The position numbers and the translations under genes were made by a program. This document shows positions 12,895 to 28,329 of a stretch of 64,000 bases of DNA, piece after piece. The notes under the pieces are model-generated. The model saw nothing but the letters and a program-made list of their open reading frames with translations. It did no database searches and was not told the origin of the DNA. The DNA lies in contig NC_043004.1 in the NCBI RefSeq assembly GCF_006345805.1, positions 51,274,001 through 51,338,000 on the forward strand, given 5' to 3'. The stretch comes from Octopus sinensis. Its lineage: Eukaryota. The stretch's first letter is position 1; each line of letters starts with the position of its first letter.

Positions 12895-13460
12895 CAGTGG
12901 TTCTCAACCGGAGGTCCATGTAAGACTTTTGGGGGTCCATGCAAGCAAAATAGGAAATGGGAGATCCACGGTAGTATTTTAAGGGTCCATGTAAAAAATG
13001 TTACTTTGGTTGTATTTATTGCAAGAAACAGCACGTTTTCTTTCTCTAATGTTTTAAGTAGGAGGCACAATGGCCCTGTGGTTAGGGCAGCAGACTTGCA
13101 GTTGGAGGATCGCAGTTTCGATTCCCAGACTGGGCATTGTGTGTTTATAGACTGAAAACACCTAAAGCTCCATGAGGCTTGGGTGGGGGGGTGGGGGTGG
13201 CAACCCCTGTTGTACTCTTTCGCCCCAACTTTCTCTCACTCTTTCTTCCTGTTTCTTGAGTAACACTGTGATGGACAGGCATCCCATCCAGCGGTGAGTA
13301 GGGGGGACACATATGCTATAAAAACCAGGAAACTGGGCCCATGAGCCTGGCTAGGCTTGAAAAGGGCGCATAAATAAAATAATGTTTTATGTAACTTATC
13401 CTACACATGTGAATGTGAGAAAAACAAAATTGGAATTTTTGCAAAATGTATCAAAAAAGC
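12895..13460. mobile_element. hAT-type MITE fragment interrupted by a SINE
   Basis: Left TIR CAGTGGTTCTCAACC at 12895; no right TIR found. Confidence 0.55.
13061..13380 (+). mobile_element. tRNA-derived SINE (family B), full length
   Basis: A box TGGCCCTGTGG, B box GTTTCGATTCC, (AAAT)n end; 14-bp TSD TAATGTTTTA(A/T)GTA with one mismatch. Confidence 0.87.
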
Positions 13461-13470
13461 TAGTTTTTAA

Positions 13471-13672
13471 CCCTTTAACGTTCAGATTATTCTGACAAAT
13501 GCAATGTGTGTTTATTCACATTGTTTTGAAATAATCCTGGGATTTCAATGATGTGATTGTTTATTTTTAGGATGATATTGTAAGGTAGACCAGAGTGGAT
13601 GGATATGACCAGTTTGAACATAGAACAGGCAGAATATTTTGGCTAGATATGGCCAGTTTATATACCAAAGAG
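13471..13672. mobile_element. piggyBac-like TTAA MITE
   Basis: TTAA|CCCTTTA ... AAAGAG|TTAA; reverse-complement homolog of 19088-19306. Confidence 0.8.
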
Positions 13673-13722
13673 TTAAACATCGAATGGACATGGGAGTCAC
13701 CAAGAATAAAATAGTAATCAAA

Positions 13723-13893
13723 GGCGCAGGAGTGGCTGTGTGGTAAGTAGCTTGCTAACCAGCCACATGGTTGCGGGTTCAGTCCCACTACGTGGCATCT
13801 TGGGCAAGTGTCTTCTGCTATAGCCTCGGGCAGACCAAAGCCTTGTGAGTGGATTTGGTAGACGGAAACTGAGAGAAGCCTGTCGTATATATG

Positions 13894-13962
<69 letters not shown>

Positions 13963-14189
13963 GTGTGTGTGTGTTTGTGTGTCTGTGTTTGTCCCCCTAG
14001 CATTGCTTGACAACCGATGCTGGTGTGTTTACGTCCCCGTCACTTAGCGGTTCGGCAAAAGAAACCGATAGAATAAGTACTGGGCTTACAAAGAATAAGT
14101 CCCGGGGTCGATTTGCTCGACTAAAGGCGGTGCTCCAGCATGGCCACAGTCAAATGACTGAAACAAGTAAAAGTGTAAGAGTAAAAGAG
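13723..14189 (+). mobile_element. tRNA-derived SINE (family A) with an internal microsatellite
   Basis: Head GGCGCAGGAGTGGCTGTGTGG...GGGTTCAGTCCC, internal (TA)n(TG)n, tail CCAGCATGGCC(A/G)CAGTCAAATGACTGAAACAAG(TAAAAGAG)n. Further copies at about 5090, 5945, 16732, 27440, 27830, 32437, 33500, 37110, 37971, 53320, 61472 and 61870. Confidence 0.9.
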
Positions 14190-15689
14190 TTCATAGACAA
14201 AAAATGGTTGAAAGCCACTGGTATACAATGCAAACATTCAAATATTGCTACAATCATTCCAAATCTTGCTGCATTTCACAACAGAAGTTTTGGTCCTCCA
14301 AAGCCATCTTGGTGTATAAGATGACCTACCATTTTTTTGCCTGTAACTTTCGGTCAATAAAATTCAGCTTGTTTGCCAGGAAGTGTAGAATATTTGATTA
14401 CACACAGCAACGGTAGCTGAAATGTGTATTACTTACATGGAGTATACTCTAAGGCACAACAATGAAGCTTTTGGATATCCACAGCTCCATCAACTATGAT
14501 GATCATGAGAACTTTCTTTTGGAATCTGTTCACTTGGATGATAATGCTATGTGAACATGTGATTTGCAGATAACTTACAAGAGTTCAATGGTTTATCTAG
14601 TTGGCCAATAACTCATAAAAAATGTATATAATCTATAGCATTTCCAGCATACACAGACCATTGTTATCTTTGGGTTTCATCCTTTTATTTATCTATTTTA
14701 AAACTCAGCATAGCAATTTGATGTATTCTGACAGAGGGTTGTTACACATGCCTGGTTATTTCGAGTAAAAATCTTACCAGATGCCAAGATAAAACACAAT
14801 TCTGTCTTCTCTTCAATACTGTTGGATCCATTCCATAAGCACTTTGTCTATTTCTACGTTCTTGAAGTTAAATCACGTCTACCTTCATATTTTAAACTAA
14901 TTTTCTTCAGTTTGTTTTTCTTAATTTCAACTTTTATATATTTTATCATCATCATCATCATCATTATCATCATCATTGTTGATGTTTTTTAACATCTATT
15001 TTTCCAAGCTTGCATGGGTTCGATGGAACTTGTCATGACAGATTTTTTTTCCTATGGCCTGATGTCTTTCCTATCTCTAACCCTCACTTGTTTCCAATCA
15101 AGACAATATTTTCCCATTGATGGACATGTTTTCAGGGAAGGTTGAAAATGAACAACACCTCTAATATGGTAATGACACTTGTTCACAACAGTAACTTGAT
15201 GTCAAGACAAGAAGACATGAACAAACATTACATGCATACATATTGTCATCGCCATTCAACATGTCTTTAATTATAATTGCATTCTCTTCTGGGATGTTTT
15301 ATAGTAGTGCCCTTTTTCTGTGACTAAGACTCAAGCCCCCACACCTTTCCCCATTTCTATTGTATGTACAGAAAATATCAGACTAGAGTAACTTAGTTCT
15401 AGGTACTAGTTTGATGCAGATGGCTACTTACTTTACATCACCAAACTAAAATTCCTTTTACTTGATTCAGTCATTAGACTGCAACCATGCTAGAGTATTG
15501 GTGTGTACAGTTGAACGAATTGAACCCTAGTCTTTAGTTTTAAGTTTAATACTTATGCTATTGACACCTTTTGCCAAACTACTAAGTTTTAGGGGTGTAA
15601 ACAAACCAACACTAGTTGTCAAGCAGTGGGAGAGATAGACATAAGCACAACATCACAGATACACACACACACAAACAGTGGCAAGATAT

Positions 15690-16940
15690 TTTCTAAATTG
15701 GATCTCTCTGACACGTACCTACAAATTAGAGTAGATGATGAATGGCTCTGTATACCTAACAATTAACACACATAAAGGACTGCATAAATACAACAGGTTA
15801 CCATTTGACTTAAAAGTCACACCAGTGATTTTTCAACAGATTATGGATGCAATGTTAGCAGACTGTGAATTTGCAATTCCATATCTGGATGATATACTCA
15901 TAAAAAATGAATCCAAGGATCAACAAGTAGAGCAAGTAAAATATGTGCTCAGAAAAATTAGGGATTACAGTTTTACTTTGAGTGATGAAAAGTGTGAATT
16001 TTTCTTACTGAAAATAAAAATATTTAGGACAAATCATTGGCAGAAGTTAATGTCAACCAGATTTGTCAAAGGCAGGCCCAATTAAAAATATGCCCCCTCC
16101 CACAAATATAGTGACCTTACAAGTATTTTTAGGACTGGCAAATTATTACCAAAATTATATTCCAAATATGCATAAGGTGAGGGTTCCACTGAATAATCTG
16201 CTGAAAAAAATGTGAGGTGGAATTGGTTAGAAAATTGTCAAAAAGTGTTTCATGAAATAAAAAATATCAACATCTGATTTGTTATTAACACACTTCAATC
16301 CTTGAAGTGGAGATTGTTGTAGCGTCAGATGCTTCTATGTACGGTATAGGAGCAGTAATGCTACAGGAATATAAAGAAGGTAACATAAAGGTGGTGGTTC
16401 ATGCCTCATGTTCTCTGATATCTGCAGAGAAAAATTATAGCCAAATCAAAAAAGCTCTAGTGATTATTTTTGCCATGAAAAAATTTCACAGATTTTTACA
16501 CAGTAGAAGTTTTTCATCTGTAGACTGATCACCATCTGTTATTATCAATATTTGGGTCAAAGAAAGGAATCCCTACCCATACTTCTAATAGGTTGCAATG
16601 CTGGGGTACAATATTATTAAACTATGATTTCGAGATGAAGTATATACCATGCAAGAAATTAGGTCATGCTGGTTGTTTATCAAGACAGATTTCAGAAAAT
16701 ATGGAACCATTTGAAGATACCATGATTGCTGCTTTTACTTGTTTCAGTCATGTGACTGTGGCCATGCTGGAGCACCACCTTTAGTCGAGCAAATCAGCCC
16801 CCAGGACTTATTTTTTGTAAGCCTAGTACTTATTCTATTGGTCTCTTTTGCCGAACTGCTAAGTTATGCGGACGTAAACACACCAGCATCAGTTGTCAAG
16901 CGATGTTGGGAGGACAAACAGACACACAAACACATACACG

Positions 16941-16974
<34 letters not shown>

Positions 16975-17400
16975 CATATATACAACGGGCTTCTTTCAGT
17001 TTCCGTCTACCAAATCCACTCACAAGGCATTGGTCGGCCCGAGGCTATAGTAGAAGACTCTTGCCCAAAATGCTACGCAGTGGGACTGAACCAGGAACCA
17101 TGTGGTTGGTAAGCAAGCTACTTACCACACAGCCACTCCTACGCCTGTGTAACATCATACATGAACTGCCAGTTATTTTACAAAGTATAAAATTAAAATT
17201 GGAAAATGATAAATTCACTGAAAAAAAATGAAAGAAATACAGAAGGCTAAAAGAGATAAAGTTATGTGCAACACAAATGCAAACTATTTCTCAATGTGTG
17301 ACAATGTGTTGATGTACACACAAAGTGTCGTAGTGCCAACCACACTACAAAAGCTATTATTAAAGGAATTTCACATTGGTCACACGCTCCCTGATTTCAT
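15690..17400 (+). mobile_element. Ty3/Gypsy pol fragment (RT, RNase H, integrase start), interrupted by a SINE at 16732-17145
   Basis: KYNRLPF...FQQIMD...PYLDDILI; VVASDASMYGIGAV...SAEKNYSQ; VVVPTTLQKLLLKEFHIGH. Many frameshifts. Confidence 0.88.
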
Positions 17401-17409
17401 GACACTATG

Positions 17410-17765
17410 ATATCTAAAGTCTGAGACTCCCTTCAGTCATGACACTGACCATGGGATTGCACCTAGAAAGTTACCCTCCCAGGCACAAGTCCGATCCGAG
17501 CAAAGTTGCTTATGGAAGACCAACAGTTGCCCATGCATACCGGCTTCCCCTCTCCACGCCACCAGTGTTATCCAAGGGAAAGGCAAAGGGGCCGATACAG
17601 CTTGGCACTTGTGATGTCGCCACTCATTTCTACAGCTGAGTGAACTGGAGTTATGTGAAATAAAGTGTCTTGCTCAAGAACACAACACACAGCCCGGTCC
17701 AAGATTCGAACTCACAACCTCACAATTGTAAGCTCAACGCTCTAATCACTGAGCCATGCACCTTC
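17410..17765 (-). mobile_element. tRNA-derived SINE (family D)
   Basis: Minus strand TGGCTCAGTGATTAGAGC (A box), GAGTTCGAATC (B box), then TTGAGCAAGACACTT...CAGCTGTAGAAATGAGT; related pieces at about 11440-11705 and 38370-38510. Confidence 0.75.
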
Positions 17766-19087
17766 ATGCATGTTTTTTGTGGACACCCTGTATTACTTTT
17801 TATTAAGAATGACATATTTATTAGTTATTGCTACATTCTCCCAAATCTGAAAGTGAATATACTAATTGCTTGAATTTGCCTGATATCTACTAAAGTGATT
17901 CAAATATATTGATAAATATGGTGTTCACAGATTTTCTAACAATAATATTTTCTTTTATTTTCAGGTGACTTAACATCTTTGATGTGAACTCAAGTAAATC
18001 CAAGGTGGCTACCACCTCTCAGAATGCAGCTGGGAGTGTTTCTGTGGATGCTATTTATCTTCCGCTTAAAGTGGATTTTGTGTTAGAACACAGAATACTG
18101 CATTAGTTACCCCAAGAGAACCTCTCATATGGATTCATGGTGCATAAAAGCACTCATGTTTATGATGTTGAATGGCAATAACCATCTCCTATAGCTACTA
18201 GAACTGCCAGAGATCCCCCTCGCATGGTAAATAACACAGAACTCTGTGTCGTAACACATCTACTTTAAGTGGGAGATACAGATTATCTTTTGATATTAAT
18301 ACTGTTTTTGTCTCTATTAATCACTTTACAATATGCCCACTGTGGCTGTTTGTGACATCAGTGTCAGAATAGATACTTATTTCTTTATTGCCCACATGGG
18401 GCTAAACATAGAGGGGACAAACAAGGACAGACAAAGGGATTAAGACAATTACATCGACCCCCAGTGTGTAACTGGTACTTAATTTATCAACCCCGAAAGG
18501 ATGAAAGGCAAAATCGACCTTGGTGGAATTTGAACTCAGAACGTAACGGTAGATGAAATACACTAAGCATTTTGCCCTGCGTGCTAACGATTCTGCCAGC
18601 TCACCACCCTGAAAATTATACTGCGCTGCCGTGTCAGAATAGATACTGATATTCTATATTTTGTCAGTGAACAGGTCGCGGATTTTAACGATGAAAATAT
18701 TTTGACAAATTAAACTTAAATGTTGAAGTGAATCAAACGGCTTTTGTGTGTTTCTTAAATGGCTTACAAACACCTTCCACGCTGCAATTGTATTTTATAT
18801 ATTGTTGATGGGAAAATCAGCTGCTGTTTCCTTGCAGGAAGTTTGTCATTGACAAGCCCAAAGAAGGATGAAATCATGTGTTCTGGTAGTTCCAGAATTT
18901 GTAGCAGATGGTTGTTACCTCTTGATGGTATAAACATGAATGCTTTTAAATACCACAAGTTATTATATGAATGGTCCTTTCATATGGCAAATATAGTAAA
19001 TAATACACTACTTTAAGTGAGAAATACATATTGTTTTAAGCATTGATAATACTTCTGTCACTATTAATTATCATTGTTAATATTTAA

Positions 19088-19306
19088 CCCTTTAGTATTT
19101 AAACCGGCCATATCTGGCCAAAATATTTAATCTGTTTTATGTTCAAACTGACCAGATCCAGGCCCTCACACTTACCCTACAATGTTATTCTACATTAAGT
19201 AATTACACCATCAAGATCTTGAAGATATGAGATAATGCATGATTAATTCAAGTCAATGGGAATCAATAAGCATTATGTTTGATAGAATAATCTGAACCCT
19301 AAAGGG
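19088..19306. mobile_element. piggyBac-like TTAA MITE
   Basis: TTAA (19084-19087)|CCCTTTAG ... CTAAAGGG|TTAA (19307-19310). Confidence 0.87.
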
Positions 19307-21027
19307 TTAAAGGAGAGTGAGGTGCAAGCTGAGAGGCAAAATGCTTAGTGGTATTTCATCCATCTTTATGTTCTGAGTTCAAATTCTGCTTTGTCTTTCA
19401 TTCTCTCAGGGTCAATAAAATAAGTACTAATTAAGTCCTGAGGTCAATGTAATCAATTTACCCACTCCCCAACCCCAAATTACTGGCCTTGTGCCAAAAT
19501 TTGAAATCAGTATTTAAATGAGAGCAAGGTTGTAAATGGCAGAATTGTTAACATGCTGGGCAAAATGTTTGGTAGAATTTCATCCGTCTTTACATTCAAA
19601 TTCCACTGGGATCAACTTCACCTTTCATTCTTTTGAGGTCAATAAAATAAGCACCAGTTAAATCCTGGCATTGATGTCCTTCAAAATTGCTGAGCTTGAA
19701 CAAAAATTTGAAATCAGTATTTAAATGTGAGATAAAATATTGTAAAAATGCTTCAGTTGCTCCCTTTACGACTCCTCTATCACTGGTTCCCACTGCCAGC
19801 TAGTGGATGATACTGCCCACTTTGAGAGGCACTGCTTAATAGGATTTTGAAACTAGCCTCAGAACATAACTGGTACTCTATTTCATCCCCCCACCCCACC
19901 CCCACCCGGGATAAAAGGCAAAAACCACAAAGGTGCAAAACTAAGTACTGCAGAAAGTTTATCCAGTGCTTCAATAATTCTGCCATCTACTGATTTTGGT
20001 TGGCTTGAACCATTGTACCAAATGTGTCCTTCGTTTTTTAAGAAGATTTGGTTGATATTTCTAGCAGGTAAATACACTCACATACATATACCCACATATA
20101 TACAGGCAAAGAAACAATACTGTTGTCACATTTGTATATATGTATCTGTGTGTACATGTATATGTGTGTATCATTATATATACAAAGACACAGCAAGTGA
20201 GAGAAAGAGAGATGCAAACAGAATAGAGGTTCATATTTTTGTTCTTATATTTTTAAAACAATAACTTTCAAAAAATTTGGCATCTGTGTATATACATACA
20301 TACATACATACATGTATGCATGCATATATATATATATATATATAGGAAGGGCATCCAGCTGTAGAAACTCTGCCAAATCAAGATTGGAGCCTGGTGCAAC
20401 CATCTGGTTCACCAGCCCTCAGGCAAAATCGTCCAACCCATGCTAGCATGGAAAGCGGATGTTAAACGATGATGATGATGATGATGATGATATATCGGGG
20501 GGAAAGTAAGAAGAAAAATAAGTGAAAATGCATATTGGAAATCAAAAACAGTAAAGGCTTTTTATGAAAAGTAATGATAGATATATACAATTAGATGAAC
20601 TGAGGTAGGAATAAAAGTAATAAAAGTCATTATTGTGAGTTGTTAAAGAGATTTAAAAGCATACTGGTTTCGTAAATTTACTAACCATTGCATTGAATGC
20701 ACACCAATTAATGAACAGTATCAGGTCTACTAATCCCTGAGTAAAAAGATTATGTGTGTAAGGTAGGTAAGTAGTTCTGGATTTGGTGCAATTAGGGTAG
20801 ATATAGATCTGTAATGTGAAAGGTGTATGGGATGTATGGGGGTTAGTGGTATTAATTGAAAGGTTAGTAGTGTTCTGTATTATGTTATGTGTTCATATTG
20901 AGTTGTGGAAGATATTTACTGATGAAAGTTGCCTCTTTATTCATTCTTTGCTGTACTGAGGTGTTCTGTGAACATTGATAGAAGGGAAAATTAGGAAATT
21001 AGGATTAAGAATCCTAGCACACCTTTC

Positions 21028-21060
<33 letters not shown>

Positions 21061-21065
21061 ATAGC

Positions 21066-21098
<33 letters not shown>

Positions 21099-21145
21099 TT
21101 CAAGGTCATGATTAGTGAAAGTGAAACTGTTTGATAAATAGATAT

Positions 21146-21976
21146 GTTTCTTTATTAGCCACACAGGGCTGCACACAGATAGAACAAATTACAAGGTAGA
21201 GCTTTTCTTTTGAAGGTTTAAAAAAAAAAAAAAAAAGGAAGGGGGAGTTTCGATCAAAAGGGATCGTAAAAGGAGAGAAAGAGGACAAAAAAAAGGGGGG
21301 TTAAAAAAAAAGGGGGAGAGGAAAAAAAAAATTTGATCAATAGGGATCGTTATCACAGAAATGTCAATATGAAGTGTAAAGGGGAGGGCAGGTGAGGTTT
21401 ACCCGTGAAAGAAAAGCCTACGGAAAAGACCACGGTAACCTCGGTCAATGGAGTCACATGTTATATTTCTTTTTTTTTTTTTTGCAAATAAGCAACTCTC
21501 TGTTTTCAATTTCTGGGTTCATAGGATCATGCTCAAGGTGGCTTCGTCATTCATACGTGCCATTCTTGCTACATTCACCCATCTTTTTTAAAACATTCGC
21601 TAGACAAAACTTGCCTCTCTACTCTCACTTTCCTTTTCAAGTGGTACTTGAAGAAGTTGATGAGAGATTGACCAGAGAGGAAAGTGTTTGTCTCCAATCC
21701 TTCAGACGCGTCCACCAGATACATTCTTTCGCCATAGCCACAAGGATGATGAAAATAGCTCTTCCTTCTCGTTTGAAGGAGGGAGGCGTGACAATATTAA
21801 CGATAGACTCAGCTGATAAACCGACTCGTCCCACACGTGACAGCAGTTGTTCGACACAAGCCCACAGGTCGGAAATTGTTGGACACTGCATGAGTGCGTG
21901 CAGAACGGTTTCGTCGCTCTGACCGCATCTCGGGCAGGTCGGCCCCGTGTTTCTCGAGCCGTGTCTGTAGAGCTTT
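21146..21976 (-). mobile_element. Tx1/L1-clade non-LTR retrotransposon, 5'-truncated (ORF2 C-terminus plus 3' UTR)
   Basis: Frames join to give [19 protein letters not shown] (CCHC) ...[18 protein letters not shown]; 3' end GGCTAATAAAGAAACA. Confidence 0.82.
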
Positions 21977-22499
<523 letters not shown>

Positions 22500-22987
22500 G
22501 TTTCTTTATTAGCCACACAAGGCTGCAAACAGACAGGACAAATTACAAGGTAGAGCTTTTCTTTTGGGGATAAAAAAGGGGTTTGGTTTTCGATCAAAAG
22601 GGATCGTAAAAGGAAAGAAAGAGGACAAAAAAAGGGTGGGGATAAAAAAAGGGAAAAGGAAAAAAAAAACGATCAATATGGATCGTTATCACAGAAATGT
22701 CAATATAAAGTGTAAAGGGGAGGACAGGTGAGGTTTACCCGTGGAGAGAAAAGCCTACGGAAAAGACCACGGTAACCTCGGTCAATGAAGTCACATGTTA
22801 TATTCTTTTTTTTTTTTTTTTACAAATAAGCAACTCTCTGTATTAATTTTTACGGTTCATAGGATCATAGTCAAGGTGTCTTCGTCATTCATACATGCCA
22901 TCCTTCCTACATTCACCCATCTTTTTTTAAAACATTCACTAGACAAAACTTGCCTCTCTACTCTCACTTTCCTCTTCAAGTGATATG

Positions 22988-22988
<1 letters not shown>
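22500..22988 (-). mobile_element. Second, shorter Tx1-type 3' fragment
   Basis: Close match to 21146-21640; (GATA)n on both sides. Confidence 0.85.
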
Positions 22989-23065
<77 letters not shown>

Positions 23066-23088
23066 CAGATCGATAGATAGATAGAGAT

Positions 23089-23119
<31 letters not shown>

Positions 23120-23329
23120 TATGTCACATTATAAGAATGTGAATGAATTTGTTGTTGTGGTAAACCAAAGTGGTACTGGAAGGAACCCTATGATGGTCTT
23201 ACATACATAACATATGGAAGTTGGATAGTCATGGATGGATGGGATGTTGAGGAGAACAAAGTATGTCATCAGCATCAACCTAATCTTTATTGTTGTTGCT
23301 GTCCTTCTTGATGTGATGACATTAATCCT

Positions 23330-24020
23330 CATAATCACCACCACCAACACCACCACCACCACCACCACCACCAACACCACCACCACCACTATTATCATCA
23401 TCATCATCATCTTGTGATGGCAGAATTGTTAGCATGCCAAGCAGAATGCTTAATGGCATTTCATCTGCCTTTGTCCCGAGTTCAAATTCTGTCAGGGTCA
23501 ACTTTGTCTTCTATGATTTTGGGGTCAATAAAATAAGTACTGGTTGACTATTGAGGTTTATGTCAACAACTTACCCTCCTCACCTGAAATTGCTGGCATT
23601 GTGCCAAAAATTTGAAATCATTATCATCATCATCAACTATCTCCACCACCACCCCATCATCATCATCATTTCATCATCATAGTCATAACCAGCAAACACT
23701 ATCTTCACCCTTATTATCATTTTCCTTATCATCATCATCACCACCACCACCACCACCACCACCACCATCATCATCATCAACCCCACCATCGTCATCACTA
23801 AAGCAATTATCATACTGATCCTCATAATCATTGCCATCATTATCATCATTGCCACAACCATCATAAATAACCAAGACCACCACCACCACCACCACCACCA
23901 CCACCATCAACATCATCACCACCACTACCACCATCACCCTCATCATCCTTATCCTCCTCCCCATCATCCTTATCCTCTGCCCCATCATCATCATCATCAT
24001 CATCGTCATCATCATGAACA
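23330..24020. repeat. (CAT)n/(CAC)n compound microsatellite with an embedded SINE
   Basis: Direct reading. Confidence 0.9.
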
Positions 24021-24562
24021 ACAGCAATCAGTGACCACACCTCAACCTAGTATTCACACCTGACTGATATAACAACATACCAAGTCAGTCAGAGACTGGC
24101 AGGCAGAGAAGAAAAAAACGATATCGTATCGTATATCTATTAGGGCTGGGTATACCAATACACACACAAACCACACACACTAAGTCCTGTGTATATGTAC
24201 ATGTACTCACAGTCACACACACATGTGCATACTTAAACATATTCACTGCCTGTCCCCATCCTATGCAACCCTGGACTCATACACACACACACACACACAC
24301 ATGCTCAGTCATATGCGCAAACAATAACATATACACATGCACACCAGCAAATGCAAACACACGCGCACACATATTATCAGATAACAAGCAAATCTACACC
24401 AGGAATACACAAGATAAATACAAAACTAGATTTGTACAGATTATATGTATGATAGTAGAGGTGGCAGTGGTATGATGGTGGTAGTCATGGTAAAGCGTTT
24501 TCTGGTGATGGTGATGATGCTAATGATGGTACTGTAATAAAGTCTAAATATTTCAACTGTAG

Positions 24563-24600
<38 letters not shown>

Positions 24601-25219
24601 GTTCATTTATAACATAAAGTTCAGATTACATAGTATGATAAATGTATGTTATATATAATATTTATTTCAAATTTTGACACAAGGCCAGTAATTTTAGGGA
24701 AGGGATAAATCAATTACAATGACGCCAGTGTTCAACTGGTACTTATTTTATCGACTCTGAAAGGATGAAAGGCAAAGTCAACTTTGGCAGAATTTGCCCC
24801 CTATATGTAATATATAATATCAGTTTCACATTTTGGCACAAGGGTAACGACATTTACAGAGGGGTAAGCCAATTACATCAACCCCAGTGTTCAACTGGTA
24901 TTCATTTTATCAACTCTAAAAGTCAACCTTGGTGGAATTTGAACTCAGAACAAAATGCTGCTAAGTATTTTGCCCAGCATGCTAACAATCCTGCCAGTTC
25001 ATCGTCTTTTTATGAACTCACATAAAGAATCTTGCAAACCAAATCCCAAAACGAAATATATATATATATATAGATGAGTGTATTTTTGCCTTGTTAACAA
25101 TTAACACAGAAAAAAATAAATAAATAGTTACCAGGGTAGCAAAAAATCACACAAGTAAAGAGGTTGTAACTCCTTGTTTTTAAAGGTAGAAACTTCAGGT
25201 TTACGTGGAATTTTTTGTA

Positions 25220-25659
25220 TCTCTCTATATATAAACGGCAGTTTGTCTGTCTGTGTGTCTGTGTGTCTGTCAGGTTGTACCCTCACCCTGACCACGGCTT
25301 TCAACCGATTCTGATGAAACTTGACACACACATAGCCTAATGTCATAATTCAAAACTAACACAGTGAAAATTTTGAAAAGTTCCCCCAGTTCTGAAAAAA
25401 ATCGATAAATTCGACATTGGCTCAAGAATCTAAGCTTTTTATATGCAACACATTTTCTCTCTAGGGGACACAACTCGACCATTTTATCGCCCAAAGGGAC
25501 AGCTAGGAACATCGTATACACAGAAGTATTCGAGTGAAGAGAAGACATTGCAACCTACACATGCGCCTTCGTTCCCTAGAGGGAAAGGACTAGATTGGGA
25601 TTAGTCGTTGCCTATTAGGGGCTCTTACATACCTGGGCAACGCCGGGCTATGCTGCTAG
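25220..25659 (+). mobile_element. Non-autonomous Helitron (family H2)
   Basis: A|TCTCTCTATATATAAACGG, TGTC repeats, ACCGATTCTGATGAAAC motif, CCTGGGCAACGCCGGG hairpin, CTAG|T. Confidence 0.85.
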
Positions 25660-26529
25660 TAATATATAAATAAATAAATGGAGTTTAACGCAGGTATAAA
25701 TCAAATACTTTTACTTTCGACATATGTTTCAAAGATTTCACTGATCTTATTCAAAGGAATAAATGGTATAAAACAATGCAATCTTCTCTTCAGGAAAGTG
25801 AAAAAACGAAACTCGTCAATAATACATTATAGCATTCTCCAATACGCTATCGCCGAGGTTGACTTTGCCTTTCATCCTTTCGGGGGTCAATTAAATAAGT
25901 ACCAGTTACACACTGGGGTCAATATTATCGACTTAATCTGTTTGTCCCCTCTGTGTTTAGCCCCTTGTGGGCAGTAAAGAAATATATATTTTATATATAT
26001 ATATATATACATATATATACATACATATACTTTTTCATTTTCCAGTTTATATATATACACACACACACATATATATATATATATGTATGTACGTATACAC
26101 ATACATATACATATACATCATTTTCCAGGTTTTAACCTTCCACTTTTTCTATATACTTCCTTCTTGCCTTTTCTCATTTCTTCTCTCATTCAATTCTTGG
26201 TTCGTTATGCCATGTAGGCTGTACCTGATGACTGTGCCAAGATGTCAGACTTGTTATAGAACTTTGTTTGGCATGTTCTCAGCATATGGAACTATTAGTA
26301 GTACATAAAACATGTATTGTGTCCATGAGATAATATTTATCTCTCACCAGATGAAGTACTTTTTTGTTTACCATGGAACAATACATTTTACACACACACA
26401 CACACACAAAAAACATATACATACATACACACGCACACACATACATACATGCATACATATATACATATAGAGAGAAAGAGGGAAGAGACTGACAGACAAA
26501 CATTTAGACAAACAGAAAGGCAAAAAGGC

Positions 26530-26596
<67 letters not shown>

Positions 26597-26618
26597 CAGA
26601 ATGACAGACAGATAGACT

Positions 26619-26656
<38 letters not shown>

Positions 26657-26865
26657 TAGATATATAGATAGATTGATAGATAGACATACAGATACACACA
26701 TGTACACATAATTTAAGTTAAAATGAGAAAGTAGTACATGACTATTATTTACTACAATTTCATTTGGCAAATTATCAAAATTGTAATAAAGACAACTTTT
26801 AAAAATGTTGCATCTTTAACCCAAGAAGAAGAGAATTGTGGCAGAATATAATATGTATGTGTGTG

Positions 26866-26898
<33 letters not shown>

Positions 26899-28048
26899 GT
26901 ATAAGTAGGTGGAATAGAGAAAATGTTAGGACACAGCAGGTAGTCATGAAATACGACACCTCAAATCATTTAAAGTAATTAAAAATTAAGAATAAATTAG
27001 ATAAGTATAATAAATAAAATAAAGTAAAATAAAATGGAATTCTTGAAATATGTGTAAACACATAGACACTGAGGTGAATAGAATTACAAATGTAGCCAGC
27101 AACTTCTTATCCTTCATTAAACTCTATTTCCTAAGAACATATAAATACCACAAGTTTTTTAGTGTGCATAATGTTAAGGTTAGTTACTTCTGTCTAGACA
27201 GTACTGCTTCCAACAATACACATTACAGCAGGAAAAAGTATACGCCTATGTGAAGCACTCATCTGCAACTACCTTCAATAGAGTTTATTTAGTTCTGAGT
27301 CATCAAGCAAGACCTGCTGTTTCAAGACACACTTCCCCTCCCTCTTTTCTCCATGGGTCCTGGATTTCCTTTTGACAAAGCATTTACAATATATATCTCT
27401 CAATATATTAAAAAATACTAAGTTATGTAGACACGAGCATAGTTGTTTAGTAAGAAGCTTGCTTGCCAACCACATGGTTCTGGGTTCTGCCCCACTGCAT
27501 GCACCTTAAGCAAAGTCTTCTACTATAGCCCCAAGCTGACCAAAGACTTGTGAAGGGATTTAGTAAAAACAGACTGAAAGTAGCCTGCCATATGTGTGTA
27601 TGTGTGTGTGTGTGTATGTGTGTGTGTGTGTGTGTGTGTGTTGTGTGTGTGCATTTGTCCCCACCACCACTTGACAGCTAGTGATGGTTTGTTTACATCC
27701 CTATAAATGAGTAGTTTTGCAAAAGTAATCAACAGAATAAATACCAGAACTGGTGTTAATTCTTTCAGCTAAAATAATTCAAGGTACAATATGAACACCG
27801 TGAAAGATACTTTTTAAATTCTTTTATTCTTTTACATGTTTCAGTCATTTGACTGTGGCCATGCTGGAGCATCGCCTTAAAGGATTTTAGTTGAAGAAAT
27901 CGACCCTTGGACTTATTCTTTGTAAGCCTAGTACTTTTTCTGAAGTATTAAGTTACAGAGACACAAAACATCAACATCGGTTATCAAGTGATGGGGGGGG
28001 GGCGAGAAACACACACAAATACATACACATAAATATATATATAAATAT

Positions 28049-28120
<72 letters not shown>

Positions 28121-28198
28121 GAAAAGAAAATGGAGAAATCAACAGACTGACATCAGTTTATTAATACAACTCCAATTTTGAATGACATCAATTTCTTA

Positions 28199-28302
28199 TA
28201 ACCTACAATTGTTTCCATGTTTAACTAATTTCAAATTACAAATAAATAATCAAATCAAAAATGCATTCTGAACATAGTTAACGGAACATTTCCTCAGGGT
28301 TA
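28199..28302 (-). ncRNA. Type I hammerhead ribozyme fold with a long stem II insert
   Basis: TAACC-CTGAGGA-A-ATGTT...AACAT-G-GAAA-CAATTG-T-A-GGTTA. Intact core, GUA triplet, palindromic ACAATTGT stem III, A.G mismatch at the base of stem II. Confidence 0.7.
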
Positions 28303-28329
28303 GAAACCGACATAAAAAGGAATCACATC

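Noticed and set aside
14437-14540. Minus-strand exon or transposase fragment (KKVLMIIIVDGAVD)
   Set aside because: It has a donor-like site but no acceptor, and the similarity is too weak to call.
20919-20945. Hammerhead core CTGATGA
   Set aside because: No GAAA...UH follows stem II. The CTGACGA hits near 3333 and 32875 fail in the same way.
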